From Marsupella aquatica (lineage: Eukaryota; Plantae; Marchantiophyta), in the NCBI GenBank assembly GCA_973895155.1, contig OZ316893.1, positions 15,716,645-15,780,644 of the forward strand: a stretch of DNA of 64,000 bases, written 5' to 3'. Positions 1 through 13,311 of the stretch are shown here, in pieces; the first letter of the stretch is position 1, and the number at the start of each line of letters is the position of its first letter. The notes under the pieces are model-generated. The model ran no database searches, was not told the DNA's origin, and saw only the letters and a program-made list of their open reading frames with translations. A program made the position numbers and the translations under genes.

Positions 1-716
1 TCATACCAAACAAAAGCAATAATTCTTATTATGGCACTTAGGTGTGGGTCTTCCATATGTCTCTCCGCTCCTGCAGGTTGATATATCTTAAGGCTCAATC
101 AAAATCAAAACCTATAATAAAAGGTTGCCCATTTTTATAGAGGGGTTGTCATTCAAATTTACAGGGCCCCAAAAACGAGAACATGAAAGGACCTAACCAA
201 AGAGAAGGAATAAAACAAAAAGTACAATTAATATAGTGTGAATGAAATGGAACGCACTATTTCCAGCAAAAAGGAATCTAATAGTACAAAGGAAATGGGG
301 AGTGCCTCTAGCAATGCACGAGGATCGAGGACACCTCCCTTTACCATGTACCACTATAATCAGTATCCCGTCCATTTACAAACAAAAAAAAAGTGAGAAT
401 CAATCTTGACCCTTCATCAAAACATTAATTTTTCCATACAGTCAAATCTATCCATACACCCCTTCTAAAATAAGTTCATGCCCAAAATGCCAGGAGCCTT
501 CCCATACCTGCCACGGTGAAATACTCAATTGAAAATTTATTCATATGTAAATAATTCCAAAAATTGGAAAATTTTGAAACAATTTTGAATATAAAAAATA
601 TATATAAAATATTCTTTCTCTAAAAATTGAAAAGGAACAAAATAACACATGTTTTCCTGTCACTCAATTATGCTTGGACTTATGATGTGGTGGCCGTTAT
701 CTCGCATCTCCAATTT

Positions 717-1548
717 CTACATGCAACGCACGGGTTAAATAACATGATCACAACTATTGTATGGTCGGGATCACACGTAACATGCCTCAACAACTACATC
801 AAAAAGTTTATTATGTTTTGCCTCACCTTGACATTTTTTCTCATTTTGTCATCTTTCCCACGTTGACATCTTTACTTCACCATGACAATTTTTCTCACTT
901 TAAGATCTTTTTCTCATCTTGACATTTTTTCCTCACCTTAAGAACTTTTTCTCATCTTGATAGATTTCCCTCATCTTGAATGAGATCTTTTCTCATCTCA
1001 ACATTTATCTTATCTTTTTCTCAATTTGCCATCTTTTCCCACCTTGCCATCATTTTCTCACCATGACATCTTTCCCTCACCCTTGACATCTCGCTTGACA
1101 TATTTTCTCTCCTCAACATCTTTGATTTCTCACCTCAACATCTTTTGCACAACGAGCATGTATCATGCAGGCCCAAGATGTGCCTGACAACATCTTTCAA
1201 TTGACTAACAACATACTTTACTTATTGACCATTTTTACTTAATAACATCTTTATACTTAACGATATCTATTTACTTGACGACATCTTGGGCGACACGACA
1301 AAATGGCTCCCTTATTCTTAGCGACATTTCATTACTTCAAGACATCTTTCAAATGAAAAAATCTTGGGAAACTCAACATCTTTTTCTCTTAACAACATCT
1401 TGGGCGCCATGACACTTTTTTCTTAGCGACATCCTCGGCAACACAACTTCTTGGGCGCCATGACATCTCTTTTCTTAACAATATCTTGGGCAACACCAAA
1501 TATTTTTCTTCTTGACATCTTGTGTGCAACGCACAGGTATTGAGCTAG
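717..1548 (+). mobile_element. Probable non-autonomous Helitron, 3' portion (5' boundary uncertain)
   Basis: Hairpin TGTGTGCAACGCACA (1521-1535) is followed about 10 nt later by CTAG|T (1545-1549), the canonical Helitron 3' end. A second copy of the hairpin core, TGCAACGCACGGG, lies near 722. Confidence 0.45.
860..1520 (+). repeat. Pyrimidine-rich degenerate array of a (T)GACATCTT-like motif
   Basis: Many imperfect gacatctt/aacatctt/gacatttt units separated by T/C-rich spacers. Confidence 0.6.
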
Positions 1549-3210
1549 TATCCCATAATGGAGCAGAAAGAGACAGTCTTATAACCAGTTTGGCGTACAG
1601 TCCGTGTAACCATAAAGCAAACTTACTTACAAAATTGAGTGATTTGGAAAGAATCAAAATCCCTGGAAATAAGGCCATGCATTATTGTGTAAAGAAATTT
1701 TATATTAAAGTTGTGTTTACAGGGCCTTGTGTGCCATAATGTCATGGTAACACTTCAAGTCTAAGATATTTCTACTTTCACTGATTTTAGTGACAACAAA
1801 GGAGAGCTTTTTTATGAGCTGATCCAAATCTTGTGCATCCTTCTCCAAAATTGCCCTGAAAACTGCAAAGAGAAAAACACAAAGGGCATTCAGACCAAGA
1901 AATCAGAATGGATAGGCCAATTTTTTGGTCTAATATACTAATTGTTTTTGTTTTGAGCTACACAGGTTTCTATTGATGGGGCATTGTATAGTTCCCTCCT
2001 CAAATCAATTCTTGCATTGTAGAAAGTAAGTGCCCTACAAATATTTAAAGCAAAAATTTAGAAAGTCTCCATGTTTGACACTATTTGTGCACTGTCCTAT
2101 TTAATTACAGAGATTTACCCGCACTTCTATGCACAGAGGCTTTAGGGCGGTGACTCCTCAAGAAATTCTCATTGACATGACTCCAAATGTTGCAATTTTA
2201 ATTGCACCAAGACCATCCAATTTCACACTAAGAGTCAGAGTGATCCTATCTTTGCACTTTCCTCACACCAGTATTTTCCTGTGATGTTTGACCACCTTCT
2301 CCTTAGAAAGAGTTTGGAGTCAGGTAAATCTTTTTCTGAACTCCATTTCTCTAATTTGGTTTGTACAGTCACTCAGCACATAGCTATGGGGCTCAGATAA
2401 CTACCAGTTACAAGATAGCTTGTCAGTATGGAAAGGAGATGCACCAAGACTCATTATTGGAACCTGCTCGTAGAGTTTCAGGCCCAGGAGGAAAAGGTCA
2501 AACGTTCATGTGTGTCTTGATTGGTTACAACGAACAGTTCTCAGTTTAAAATAGGTCAGGCTGTAGCAGAACGAAACGGACGTAGCTAGACCTTATAATA
2601 AGGAGCTCCTGAGAGTACCCAATTCAGGACGCATCAGTATGGCTGGTTACCGTATAAATATACGCTTTTCTGACAAGTGCGGTGGCAACATATTTCTGAA
2701 CCGTATGTAATTTTAGTGACTAGTAATTTTAGTGTAGTGAGTCACAGAGCAAGTATTACCGTGCAAGTTAGTGTTGTTCATCTGTATGATCATTTATTAC
2801 AACCCCTTCTGGGTATTGTTTTTGTTTGGAAATAATTAATAATTAATCATTTATAAATTTATAGTTTACCATCTATTTATAGTCTCATAATTAGCTTGGA
2901 TGTCTATGGACTGTGACAGGAAACAGACCATTTTACATCTAATTATGACACCACCCAACTATAAATGGATGGTAAACATTTTTGTCCCTCTAAGAACATT
3001 ATATGCATCATCTCAAAGTCAATTTGAGAATGTCAATGAAATGGAATGAAAATACACATTTCAAATCTTCTGCATCTTCGTTGCGGCAAAGTCAACCAAT
3101 TTGGAAGAAGAAACAAGGAGCCTAATCTGCACCTAAAAGATTCCTCCACCTGATTGAAGCTCAATGCCACTCTTTCACCTAGTTTATCTCTTCCTACTCA
3201 TTTGATCACC

Positions 3211-4011
3211 ATGGCCCGGAACAACATCCGATATGATAAATTTATGGGTACATCTAAAGAAGATGCAGAGTTATATTTAAAAGAATTTGAAGCATCTGCA
3301 GCTTCAAATGGACAGAATGCTGATGCAGAGAAGGCCTTAATTTTTGGAGGATTATTGAAGAGGAATGCCCAAAAATGGTATGACCGGTTTGCTAATAAGA
3401 ATGATTGGGATCAAGTTAAAAAAGCATTTTTGGAGAAATATAAGGAGGATGGTGCTTCTGCTCGGGCCTTCACTAGAATTTCTAGACTCAGAATGAAGAA
3501 ACATGGTTCGTTGCGAAAGTATGCTGATAAGTTATTAGATCTTGTGGATCAGTATAATCCAACAACTTCCAAGTCAACGGTGAAAGATTGGTATATCAAT
3601 GGGCTGCCCAAGAATCTTGGAATGTATGTTAGACGAGAAGGTGGCACTACCTTAGAAGAAGCTCAAGAGGCTGCACAGAAATATGTGGATGCAGAGGTTG
3701 CTCAGAGGAAAGGAAAAAGTTATAAGAAGACTAAAAACAAAAAGAAGAAGACAAAGAAACCAGAGTCCACTTCAACTTCACATGATGAGAATAGTAGCAC
3801 CACTAATTCTGAGGAAGAATCATCAACATCTAACACCAATTCTGACACCAATTCAAGTGAAGCCAGCTCTAGTTCTGAATCTGAAAAAGCAAAAACCAAG
3901 AAAAAGAAGCACACTGTACCAGATATTTCCACAATTTCACCAAAAGTTAAGCAAGTATACAAGTTGATTAACAAATTATCTAGTCAAGTGTCCAACTTAA
4001 TACACACTTGA
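3211..4011 (+). CDS. gag: Ty3/gypsy-type Gag (capsid domain with Lys/Ser-rich tail), no pol downstream
   Basis: KFMG..ED...YLKEFE, AQKWY, W..VKKAFLEKY, WYINGLP retrotransposon gag motifs. Homologous to the gag at 54010. ORF track 3154..4011; first ATG at 3211. Confidence 0.8.
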   Translation: MARNNIRYDKFMGTSKEDAELYLKEFEASAASNGQNADAEKALIFGGLLKRNAQKWYDRFANKNDWDQVKKAFLEKYKEDGASARAFTRISRLRMKKHGSLRKYADKLLDLVDQYNPTTSKSTVKDWYINGLPKNLGMYVRREGGTTLEEAQEAAQKYVDAEVAQRKGKSYKKTKNKKKKTKKPESTSTSHDENSSTTNSEEESSTSNTNSDTNSSEASSSSESEKAKTKKKKHTVPDISTISPKVKQVYKLINKLSSQVSNLIHT

Positions 4012-4100
4012 AACCAATGTGCATTTCAAAGGCGATTTAGTTTTGGTGGAAGACTTCAGAAAGGCTTGTGAGGGCACGGCGCAGTTTGAGGGGGGAGTTA

Positions 4101-6106
4101 TGTAATGTTGTACATTAGTTAGAAATGATGGAAATTTTATAAATTTTAAACTTTTTCTAACTCAAGGTACAATCTAGTTACCTTTTATAGCAATTTAGAT
4201 CAACTGAACACTTAACCTAATGTTATGCTTCATCGGAGGCTATTGTATTGGACAAGGATCGCGAATATAAATCCTTGCTCTTTACATGCTACCAAGAAAG
4301 AAGACTGGACATCATTGGAGAAGCAATGCAGACTAGAAGATTCAAGAACCGGCTTCCAAAACACTTTTTCAACAAGAATGAGCTTTGTATACAATTATCA
4401 CAATCAGCCGATCTCTGCTATTTTAGTTAAATAGCTAAAGTGGTCAAAAAAGTCTCATACTTTTTCAGGAGGTAGTAGTTGCGTAGTAGAATCATCCCTG
4501 CAAGTTTCATCTCAAACCGACATGTGTTTTGAAAGTTAGAATTAATTTAGTTTTACTGTTTTTTGCATAGCCGCGACTTCGCCGACGCTTTGTGAAGCGT
4601 CCCTTGTATTTGTGGACGCTTCAGAAAGCGTCCACCCAAAGACCACGACGCTTTCTGAAGCGTCCACCACCCAACCAGTTGTACTCCGATGCTCTGCAAT
4701 CCACATGAGGAGCGACGCCCACAGAAACGTCTGCTACCCCGAAGGTGACCTCGACACTGTGACGCCCACTGAAGCGTCCCGCCCGGAGCCCAGAAGACGG
4801 ACGCTGCAACCAAGCCTCAAAATTCAGCCGACGCTTTCTGAAGCGTCCATAAAAGTCCTTTGTAGTTTTGGACGCTTTCTGAAACGTCCACTATGCTCCC
4901 GACACTTAGAAACATTTTCAGTTTTCGCACTTTTATAACACCGCGCCACTTTTACCGATTTATTTGAGGCACTTAGAAGTCTCAAAAAAGTCTGAAACTT
5001 TTCCAGCATATAGACTATATGTAGTAGAGTACCCTAGAAAAGTTTCAACTCATTCCGACTCTTAGTTTAGAAGTCAAAATTAGATTAAAATCACTGTTTA
5101 TTAGTTTTACCGCAAACACCGACGCTTTGCAAAGCGTCCGCTCAAACCTCGACGCTTTCTGAAGCGTCCCCTGCATTTTTGACACTTTCAGCAGTGTCCA
5201 TTCACTTTTCAAGGATGACCGTCATTAAGTTTATTCAAGACCCTTTAGATATGAAAGGGCATGTCCTTTCAGTATCTCAATCTCCTTGGGTTCCTGCTAG
5301 CCTATATGAAGTAGAATTTGTGTCATTTTCAAGTGTGAAGAAATAAAGTAGTGCCTGTGGCATGTGCTGCAGACTGGAATCACCTTTGCTTGCAAATACA
5401 AAGGAATTCTTCTCCCTTCCTTGGTCTGAATGATTGAGAGTTTAGATCATTGAAGTAAAATTACTTGTATGAAGTTGAATCTCAGAAGTATGAGGGAATA
5501 GATTCCTTAAGTGGTGACAACCCATCTTCTTGAGTTCTTGATGCATAGTTTTTGGCATGACATTGCTTGTGCACGGATGCAAAGATTGTTACTCACCAAT
5601 TACCTGTGACTTCAATTTGATCATGATGGTGTTTATTATTCGTGACTCAGAGTACCGACTGGATATCGAAGTGATTGATTACTAGTTTCTTCTGAGTACC
5701 TTTGGAAGGAAAAGTTGAGACGTGTTGACGGCATTTTAGTAATCATCCTAGTACAGTAATCCATTCCAAAAATGTTCTTACGGATATACCACCCAAATCA
5801 CATCAAATGAAGTATTGATGAGAAGTTACCTTGGTGTTTTCCAGACTCCCTCATCATACCTCAAGATTTCATTGTGTTTTATTATTTGTTTCCATTTTAT
5901 TAATTGCATTTACAATGTTAAGCAAACATTCAAATCTATGCCTTGCTGAGCAATCATAGTAAAAGGCTCAAACCTGTGTTTTTTGTGACCTTAGTCATTC
6001 ATAAGTGTTAAACGATAGAAAATCATTCCTTTCTTGTTCTTCCATGGGATCGAATACCGAGTTTTGGACATTAAATGTTGATTTATGTCCTTAGTACAAT
6101 ACTACA
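4101..6106 (+). mobile_element. Putative 3' LTR (~2 kb) of the gag-only element
   Basis: Polypurine tract GAGGGGGGAG (4088-4097) precedes TGTAATGTTG at 4101. The end CAATACTACA (6097-6106) is an 8/10 inverted match. No matching 5' LTR is seen in the window. Confidence 0.6.
4584..5199. repeat. Cluster of about 8 palindromes GACGCTT-N4-AAGCGTC inside the LTR
   Basis: Copies near 4584, 4615, 4648, 4830, 4870, 5122, 5151 and a degenerate one near 5182. Confidence 0.75.
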
Positions 6107-8582
6107 GCTTTTGCAAGATTTCAATCGAAGGCCCCAGAGGCACTCATTGCGAGCATGATGCTTTATAGAATGGACTTTATAGTGAATTCTATCATTTTGA
6201 GGTGTTAATGACCAATGCTACATTGCAATGTAATGCCCACAAGTCCTCGTTGAGAGCTGCCATTTGGGATGCCACGAGAAATTTAGGGGTATTTACAAAC
6301 GACAGGAACCAGGAAACAGTAATAGCAAACAGTTACTGTTACCAGGAGAAATGGAAAAAAGAACATGGGATTGAGCTCCATTATTTGGTCAAGAAGTTAA
6401 AAAAACACCATCAATAAACCCCATTTTCAGTCGTTTTCAATACCACCATTCAATTGTCAAGGAAAGTAGGGGCCATTAGAATAAAGGTGTTGCTGAAAAC
6501 CGGTGATGGCCATCGCATAACGATAGTATGCCGGCAGGGAAGGGCAAAAATTTAGGTATTCATAAAATAACGACTAAGATGGAGATTCTACGCAACGTCA
6601 ATCGAGAAGAGAACAGTAAACTTAACGACCATTAGAAAAAGGCGTTGCCAAAACATGCGGATATTAGCAGCGCCCAGCGCTAGTATGCTGGAAGAGATTG
6701 TCCGTCACATCAATCGAGAAGTGAACACAGGAAACTCAATTTGAAGCATTTCCAACAAAGAGAGGCAATGGCAGACGTTGAATATTTTCAGCGATGGGCG
6801 CTACATTAAATGTTGGACCTCAAGAAATCAACGTCTAAACACGGAACACAATGACCATAGGCAGCGCTCGGCGCTAGCTCAAATCTAGGAATCAATGAAT
6901 GACCATGAAAGAACAAGAGAGCCGATCCAAAAGTGCATTCCTTAATTCCAAAATTGGTCAAAACATATAACCGGTATTACACCATCCGCAGATCATCTTC
7001 AAATCAACCCACGCCATAACATGAACATAAGCAGCGCTCGGCGCTAGCTAAAATCTAGCTATCTTAAATGTAGCCCGCCCTGGCCCGTATGTGCTTTATC
7101 TCGACCTGAGCCGCACATAACAGGGCCGCTGATCCAAAATGGGCCAAAGATGGAGCCGGAAATACATGAACTTAGAATCACCCATAGAAGAAATCCCACG
7201 GTCCAAGACGAACAAAAGCAGCGCTCGGCGCTAGCTTAAATGGAAAGCCTATGGCCACTGAAGCTTGTGTCATTGAAACCATCTCCGTCGTGATTAGCTT
7301 TAGCTCTGCGATTGGCAGTCGTCGTCGATGCCCACCCTAGCACGTCTGTGGTTTTGCTTGAAACCTAGACCCCTGAGATGCACATAAGAAGACGAGGGGC
7401 GCCGAAACTCCGAACTCTGATTCCCGGGGTCTGGAACATTTGTATCTAGGAAGTCAACACGTCCCAGTCGCTCTTGTACTCGTAGCTCAATAGGCTGAAT
7501 ACCATCAGCAGCAACGAGAGAATGAAACAAAAAACGATCAACCACTGCGAGCGGAGTGTCCCGGTTGTTAATCCAAGGTAAGTTCCTCTCCCCAGGACTA
7601 ATTGCCTCATCATAAGGAAGAGAAAAACGATTCCGGAAGGTTGAGGTCTCGCTGGATGTGTCACCATGAATGGACTCGAAGGAGCTAAAGTGACTCTCGT
7701 CCGGTCAAACTCTGGAAGGAGCAAAGAAGGCAAGCATCTCCTCCAAAGACATGATCTCCTTCTTCTCCATCTGGTGGGCACTGATAAATGCAATCGAGGG
7801 TAATGACAAGACCAGTGGTGTTGAAATGACTCGACTTCGAGAGAGGTTGTGTTTGAAATAACTTGCAAGAGTGACCCAATGGAGAGTTTAGGTTCGGAGA
7901 TCAGAAAAAACGTATCATAGAAAGGTTCAACGCAAAAAGGACCGTTGAGAAAGAGACGACTGTTCCGGTAGCGACAAATATGCGGGGCCAAGGAACGGAC
8001 GGAGGATTCAAAATTTTCAAGTAGAAAAATAGACGTTTGGGGAGCGCCCGGTGCTAGTAAGGGAAATGAGGAATTTAATCCATTTTATTATCAATGTAAT
8101 GTAAACAAATCATATCTAATATGATAAATAAATGGATTAAGATAACAGCGCCCGGCGCTCGTAAAATGTAAGCCGAAAAAACTCTTTAAGAATCGGACGA
8201 TTCCGATTCGGAGCTCTATGACCTCTCGGTAGAGACCGCCTCGTCATCTACATACTTGCTCCTACAAACGTCATCTACATAAGGATTTCGGACAAATTTT
8301 CTATCAACTCCTCTTCGTAGCCGGAGACCTTTGTTTTCCCAACAAAGAGTCCTTTGATTGTCTTCCATTCTTGCAGCATTCTCAGCGTAAGAGGGTAACA
8401 CAAATGGTTTCTCCGGAGTGACCATTTCAAAACGAGCTACCTTTCTTCTGAGTTTGAAGCGTCTTCTCGTATTCCATTCGGACCTGGGTGAGAACAGAAG
8501 TTCGTCAACCGATTGTATGAATGGATATCACAAAGGCATGAAGGAACTGGAAAGGAGAAAGAAGCTTACGAGTTTCAGAACA

Positions 8583-9941
8583 TTACTCGGAAGAGTCATC
8601 GCTGTCACTCTGGCCAGCGGATTGTTCCTGACCCTTCCCCTCAGGTGTGCCATCCTCATCTTCGTCTGCTGTACCACCACTTGACTCATCGTCAGAGTCA
8701 AAATTGAGTACAGAACGGAGCTTGTCCCTCTTTTTCTTTTCGGGTGGCTGAATTGGGGGTGGCAAAGTTTTGACTTCCTTTGGAGAAAGTAGATCTAAGA
8801 ACACCTTGGAACCAGTCTCAACGAAATCTTTCCTATTCTCCACTCCAATTACAAACCTCCCAGAATAGTCTCCAGCTACAAAAGAGCTTCCCGACCCCAC
8901 TATCCAATCCATGAAAATATCCCTAGGATGAGTGATGAGCTCAATCACAGATTGCATGAATCCAACAGACAATCGGGCGTTTCCAGCAAATTCCATCTCA
9001 GGTGTTGGATCGACTTTGAGAGAGGGAAGTCCAATTAAATTTGTTATTGAGGGATCTTCGGTGGCAGACAGAGGTCTAAACCTTGAGTCTTTTGGCACCT
9101 TCCTTTTTCAGACACTCGAGAGAAGACATCCAGCCTCAGCGTGAAGATCTGTAATATAACCCAAGCAAGGTATGTCAATGGATGCATTTGTAGACAATTT
9201 TTTAACGGCAAACCAGATGTCACGATGAGAAATTTACCTGTCGATCAGTCTTCGGCGCGTACATTGGAACTGACATGACAACATTGTGTGACGAGATGCA
9301 ATGAAACTTCTTTGAATCTTGACAAGCCGATATAACCTGAGACATCGGATCGTATTCCCCGTTATGTAAAATGGCCAGCATTCCGTCATTAGATAAAAAT
9401 GGGTCCATTCCACGAAAGAAAGATGTGGACAAAGTGTGGTCAGGGACATTCCATTTAGGAACTTTTCTGTCTAGCAGAGATGGTTTAAGTCCTGTTGGAA
9501 GGTAGATGAAACCCGCGTGGACCCCAAACGATCTCTCCTTTCCACCATGCACAATGCCCTTCTCTCGAAAGCCAGACTTCATGAGATCCTTTCCCCACTT
9601 CTCTACACCATTCACCCAGTCAGGCTTCTCCCCTTTGTTAAACGTTGAGTCGTAGAATTCTGAGATGCTAGATTCAACAAGGCAATGCCTTGAAAGAGTA
9701 CTCTTGAAGTCCCCGACTTCGCGTTGAAGACCTACAGCAGCAGCACTTTCTCGAGAAGAAGATCCACCTTCAATGGTCCTTTTTCTCTTCTTCCTTGTAC
9801 TGGTAGCATCCACCGGCACGATCGCCTTCCCTTTGTCGGTGGGAGTAATTGGATCGGATGGTGCTCCGGTATTGGCTTCTGAAGCCTCTGGGGTGGCATC
9901 TATCTTTGTATCTCCGCTCACCACGGCGTCCGACTTTCTTC
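8583..9941 (-). pseudogene. Beta-class amino (N4C/N6A) DNA methyltransferase-like domain, 2 exons, frameshifted, catalytic motif degenerate
   Basis: Motifs X-I-II in RLSVGFMQSVIELITHPRDIFMDWIVGSGSSFVAGDYSGRFVIGVE (cf. KP..L...I...T.PGD.VLDPF.GSGTT..AA...GR..IG.E). Upstream exon has FLSNDGMLAILH (motif VI-like) and AGFIYLPTG at the DPPY position. GT-AG intron 9237-9149; frameshift near 9100. Confidence 0.7.
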
Positions 9942-10180
9942 CTATTCAAATGGATGTCGACGTGATATCCGTCAATAAAGAGACAACGACAATGCTAACG
10001 CCCAGCGCTGGCCAAACTATCATAAGACTTGGCCTTAAATATACATCTTTCAGAGTAATAAATACCAATTCAGTTTCTAAAACGTTGACTCTCATAACAG
10101 CGCCTGGCACTAACAATGTGACAGATATTGACTGCCATAGCAGCGCCGGGCGCTAACCAAAGGAAACAAATTATACTTAC

Positions 10181-12385
10181 GTTTTTTCCCAGATCTTGTT
10201 GATTCACTTGGGGCCGTAGTATCTGCTTTTGCTTTGGCGCGAGGCTTCCTGCTTCAGTCAACATGAACAATTGTTGTCTCGCATATTGTTTGCAATTATG
10301 TTGTGGATTTGATCCACATCATCCGGAAGCCCCTGCTTCATGTCAGAAACAATGTTGACTTGGATCTGGGACTTAGACAGCTTATGGAAAGCATCCTTTT
10401 CTCTGTGATCAAAGGGCGAGTCCCATCTATCTGTATCCAGGTACCATGGGCAATGGGTTCTCTCCCATTCACTCAAAGGTCTTGCTGGGAAAATTCCCTC
10501 AGTAGGATACATAGAATACAATTCAACTAAAGAATTACTCTCCAATAAGACAGTCCACTTGAGGAAGGCAGCAGGATACGCCCAGAAGTAATCAGGATTG
10601 GTAGCCTCCATGTGGATGTAAAAATGGTAGAGATACCGTTTTGCTCGCTTCTGGTTCTTCAAAGAGTAATCCTCTTTGTCAGGATACTTCGAGGGCCACA
10701 TTGTATTAAAAAACTTACCCTTGACAGAGTCACCATATTTCCTAAAATCATTCGTAACTATTTCAATGAGAGATTCGAATGATTCACATGCCCAATCTTG
10801 TAAGCAATTCACGGGAATGGTTTGTTGGACCTCTCGTAGAGCACATTGCAACATCCCCACCGCAATCCCTTCTACATTATTCCATGTAATCCAAGTGTGA
10901 CACCACTGTTTGACTGGATCATCATTGACGCTATTCGGATGGAAGAATTGTCTCCGGAGCTCCGGATTGCAATGTGCTACAAGCAAAGTACTTCGTAGCT
11001 TGGCGTCAAGAGCCGAAACAGCTGTAAAAAGCCTGGGCCGGTCCATGGTACACGACACGGTATCTGGCTTCTTCTCTCGCTTATTCCTCTCCGTGACAGC
11101 ATACATCTCTGTGCACGTAGATAGAAAGTCCTCAAACTCTGGACTCAACAAAGGAGTGATTTTCGAGGTCTTAACTGCCCATTCCTTGGTTGCTTCCTTC
11201 ATCATAACGGCATGCCTTCTGGAAACCTCCTCGACCGACCAAGGGGTACCGAGGGCCGCAGCGGACTCCATGTCAATCTTGAACTGGTTCGAATACGACT
11301 TAATCTTATCCTGACATAGAATGTACAAAAGAGCCTCCTGAGGCATCTTCTTTGTGTACCAAGATCCTTTTCGCGTCTTCACCCTGATCTGCTCAAACTT
11401 CTTGTAATTTGCAGGGTCGATGAGCTTACTATAGTACTCCAGGTCGTGCATCAAGATCCGCTTAATTCGATCGGCATCTAGGATCCAGGAGGGTTCCACA
11501 ACTGCTTGTCCTAGCCTGAAATAAAAGAACGAAATGAGAACATATAAGCAGCGCCGGGCGCTCGCAAAACATGGCCTCGGAAAGTTATGCTAGAAAGAAT
11601 GAACAATTCATAATGACTCACGAAGTTCTGCACAAAAGGGTATCTTACTGGTTAACGGTGTGCATAGCCGCTTCGATTTCTATCAGCGAACCCTTGTCGC
11701 CATTGAAAACAGTACAAAGCACACGCGGGTGGTACTTTGGGTTTTCGGGACTCTCTTGAGTGACAAGAGTCCACGAGTAAAGCCTATGGTTCCTGTCAAA
11801 AACTGAGAACATTCTGTCCTTCAAAACTAGAAAATCTGGGTCGGCAACACATTCTTCCTCGAATTTCTCGTTCTCAGATGTCCATATTGGATCCCAACTC
11901 TCACGAATTTCTTGAGTACAGGTGAGAAGCGCTCCCTCAGCATCGGTAGGCTGAACGTAAAACCTCATTCCAATCGAAGAATTGTATCCCATGCTACGGA
12001 AAGAATCTTTTAGCTTGTCGATGGAAGAACTGTCTTTTTGTAGAGTTCGGACAACCTCCATATGCACCAATCAACATAGTGGAATTCGTGGAGGCTCTTT
12101 GTCAAACCCTCTGAAATCCTTCCCAAACAACATGACATGTTTCGAAATAAGATCCATCTCGGAAAATGAAACATCTTGAATCGCAAATGTGTCAAGATTC
12201 TCCATCTTCTTTCTCGCTGGTTTGGCAAACGAAATACTTGAGATTGGAACAAGCGATGCGGTGGACCTCGTTACTCGACGCGTATACACTGAACCAGAGA
12301 ATGAAGACTCAGAAGACTCGCAGTACCCACGATCCTGATCCCCAACCACACTATACCCCCTCGACGAGGAGGGGATTGCATCCAT
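10181..12385 (-). pseudogene. ParB/Srx-like N-terminal domain protein (probably the 5' part of the same gene as the MTase-like exons)
   Basis: IDKLKDSFRSMGY...FYVQP...FSVFDRNHRLYSW matches ParB boxes (L..SI...G...P; DG.HR). An in-frame TGA at 12071-12073 joins two ORFs. GT-AG intron 11648-11516 keeps the frame (VNQ|LGQAVVEPSW). A further intron 10180-9942 leads to the MTase exons; the frame is disrupted near 10260. Confidence 0.62.
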
Positions 12386-13311
12386 CGTCTTTACGATGAA
12401 AGGTGTACGAACGGAATCCTCACGACTAATTACCAGTTCTCTGTACCATATTAATAGTTGCGTCCGTATTATATCCAATCAATGAGTGCTATTCCCCTCT
12501 TTGTAATCGGTTGGAGAGACGTTACTCATTGCAAACGACAAGATTCAATTTAATTTATCAGTGACGGAAAGCGACAACTTAGAAATTGTGATAAGTATTA
12601 ATGTGAACTACGCTAAAATATTTGCGTGATAATCACGCTGAACATTAGTTACCGTTAAAAGTTACCGTTGTCTCAGCACCTTGCAGACAAACATGCAATG
12701 CCAGCGCCGGGCGCTAACGAATAAGAGACTACCAAATTGAAGAACTTATTGGTGAACAAATGCTAGCGCCCGGCGCTAGCCATTTGAATAATTTGATTAA
12801 TGTTCTTTTTAAGAAACAGATATTGTCAACAAACTCCAAAATGTACCTGTTTCACCTGTAGTAACCAAACTTTACTTAATATTATGAGATTAAGTTTATT
12901 GTATCAATACTAGCGCCTGGCGCTAGTAAAAATTTACTGTATTTGCATCAATATTTCGTATGTAATTATGCTAGCGCCAGGTGCTAGTCAGAATACTTTT
13001 CAAATTATGTCATTGTTATTCCAATGGCTTTTAGGTAGCGCCCGGTGCTAATGAAATGGAAGCACTTGTATAGACTACTATCTAGTCGTATTCATGTAAT
13101 AAATATTCCTGACACCCGCACTTGACGGGCAAAAATGACAAATGTATCATTTATGATTTCAACGGACGCAAAGTTGTGCGTGTTCTATGTCGTATTGAAA
13201 CATCTCTTTCAACGGCCGGTGGTCCTTGAAGGGTTGTTATAAGCACAAGAAATACGGTTGGGATTGGGCTATTGCATGAATTACTTCTGGCCTAAACTTC
13301 TTTCGTCTACA

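Noticed and set aside
1590-2920. Possible 5' LTR or TIR element upstream of the gag
   Set aside because: No similarity to 4101-6106, only a weak inverted match at the putative ends, and no TSD or PBS found.
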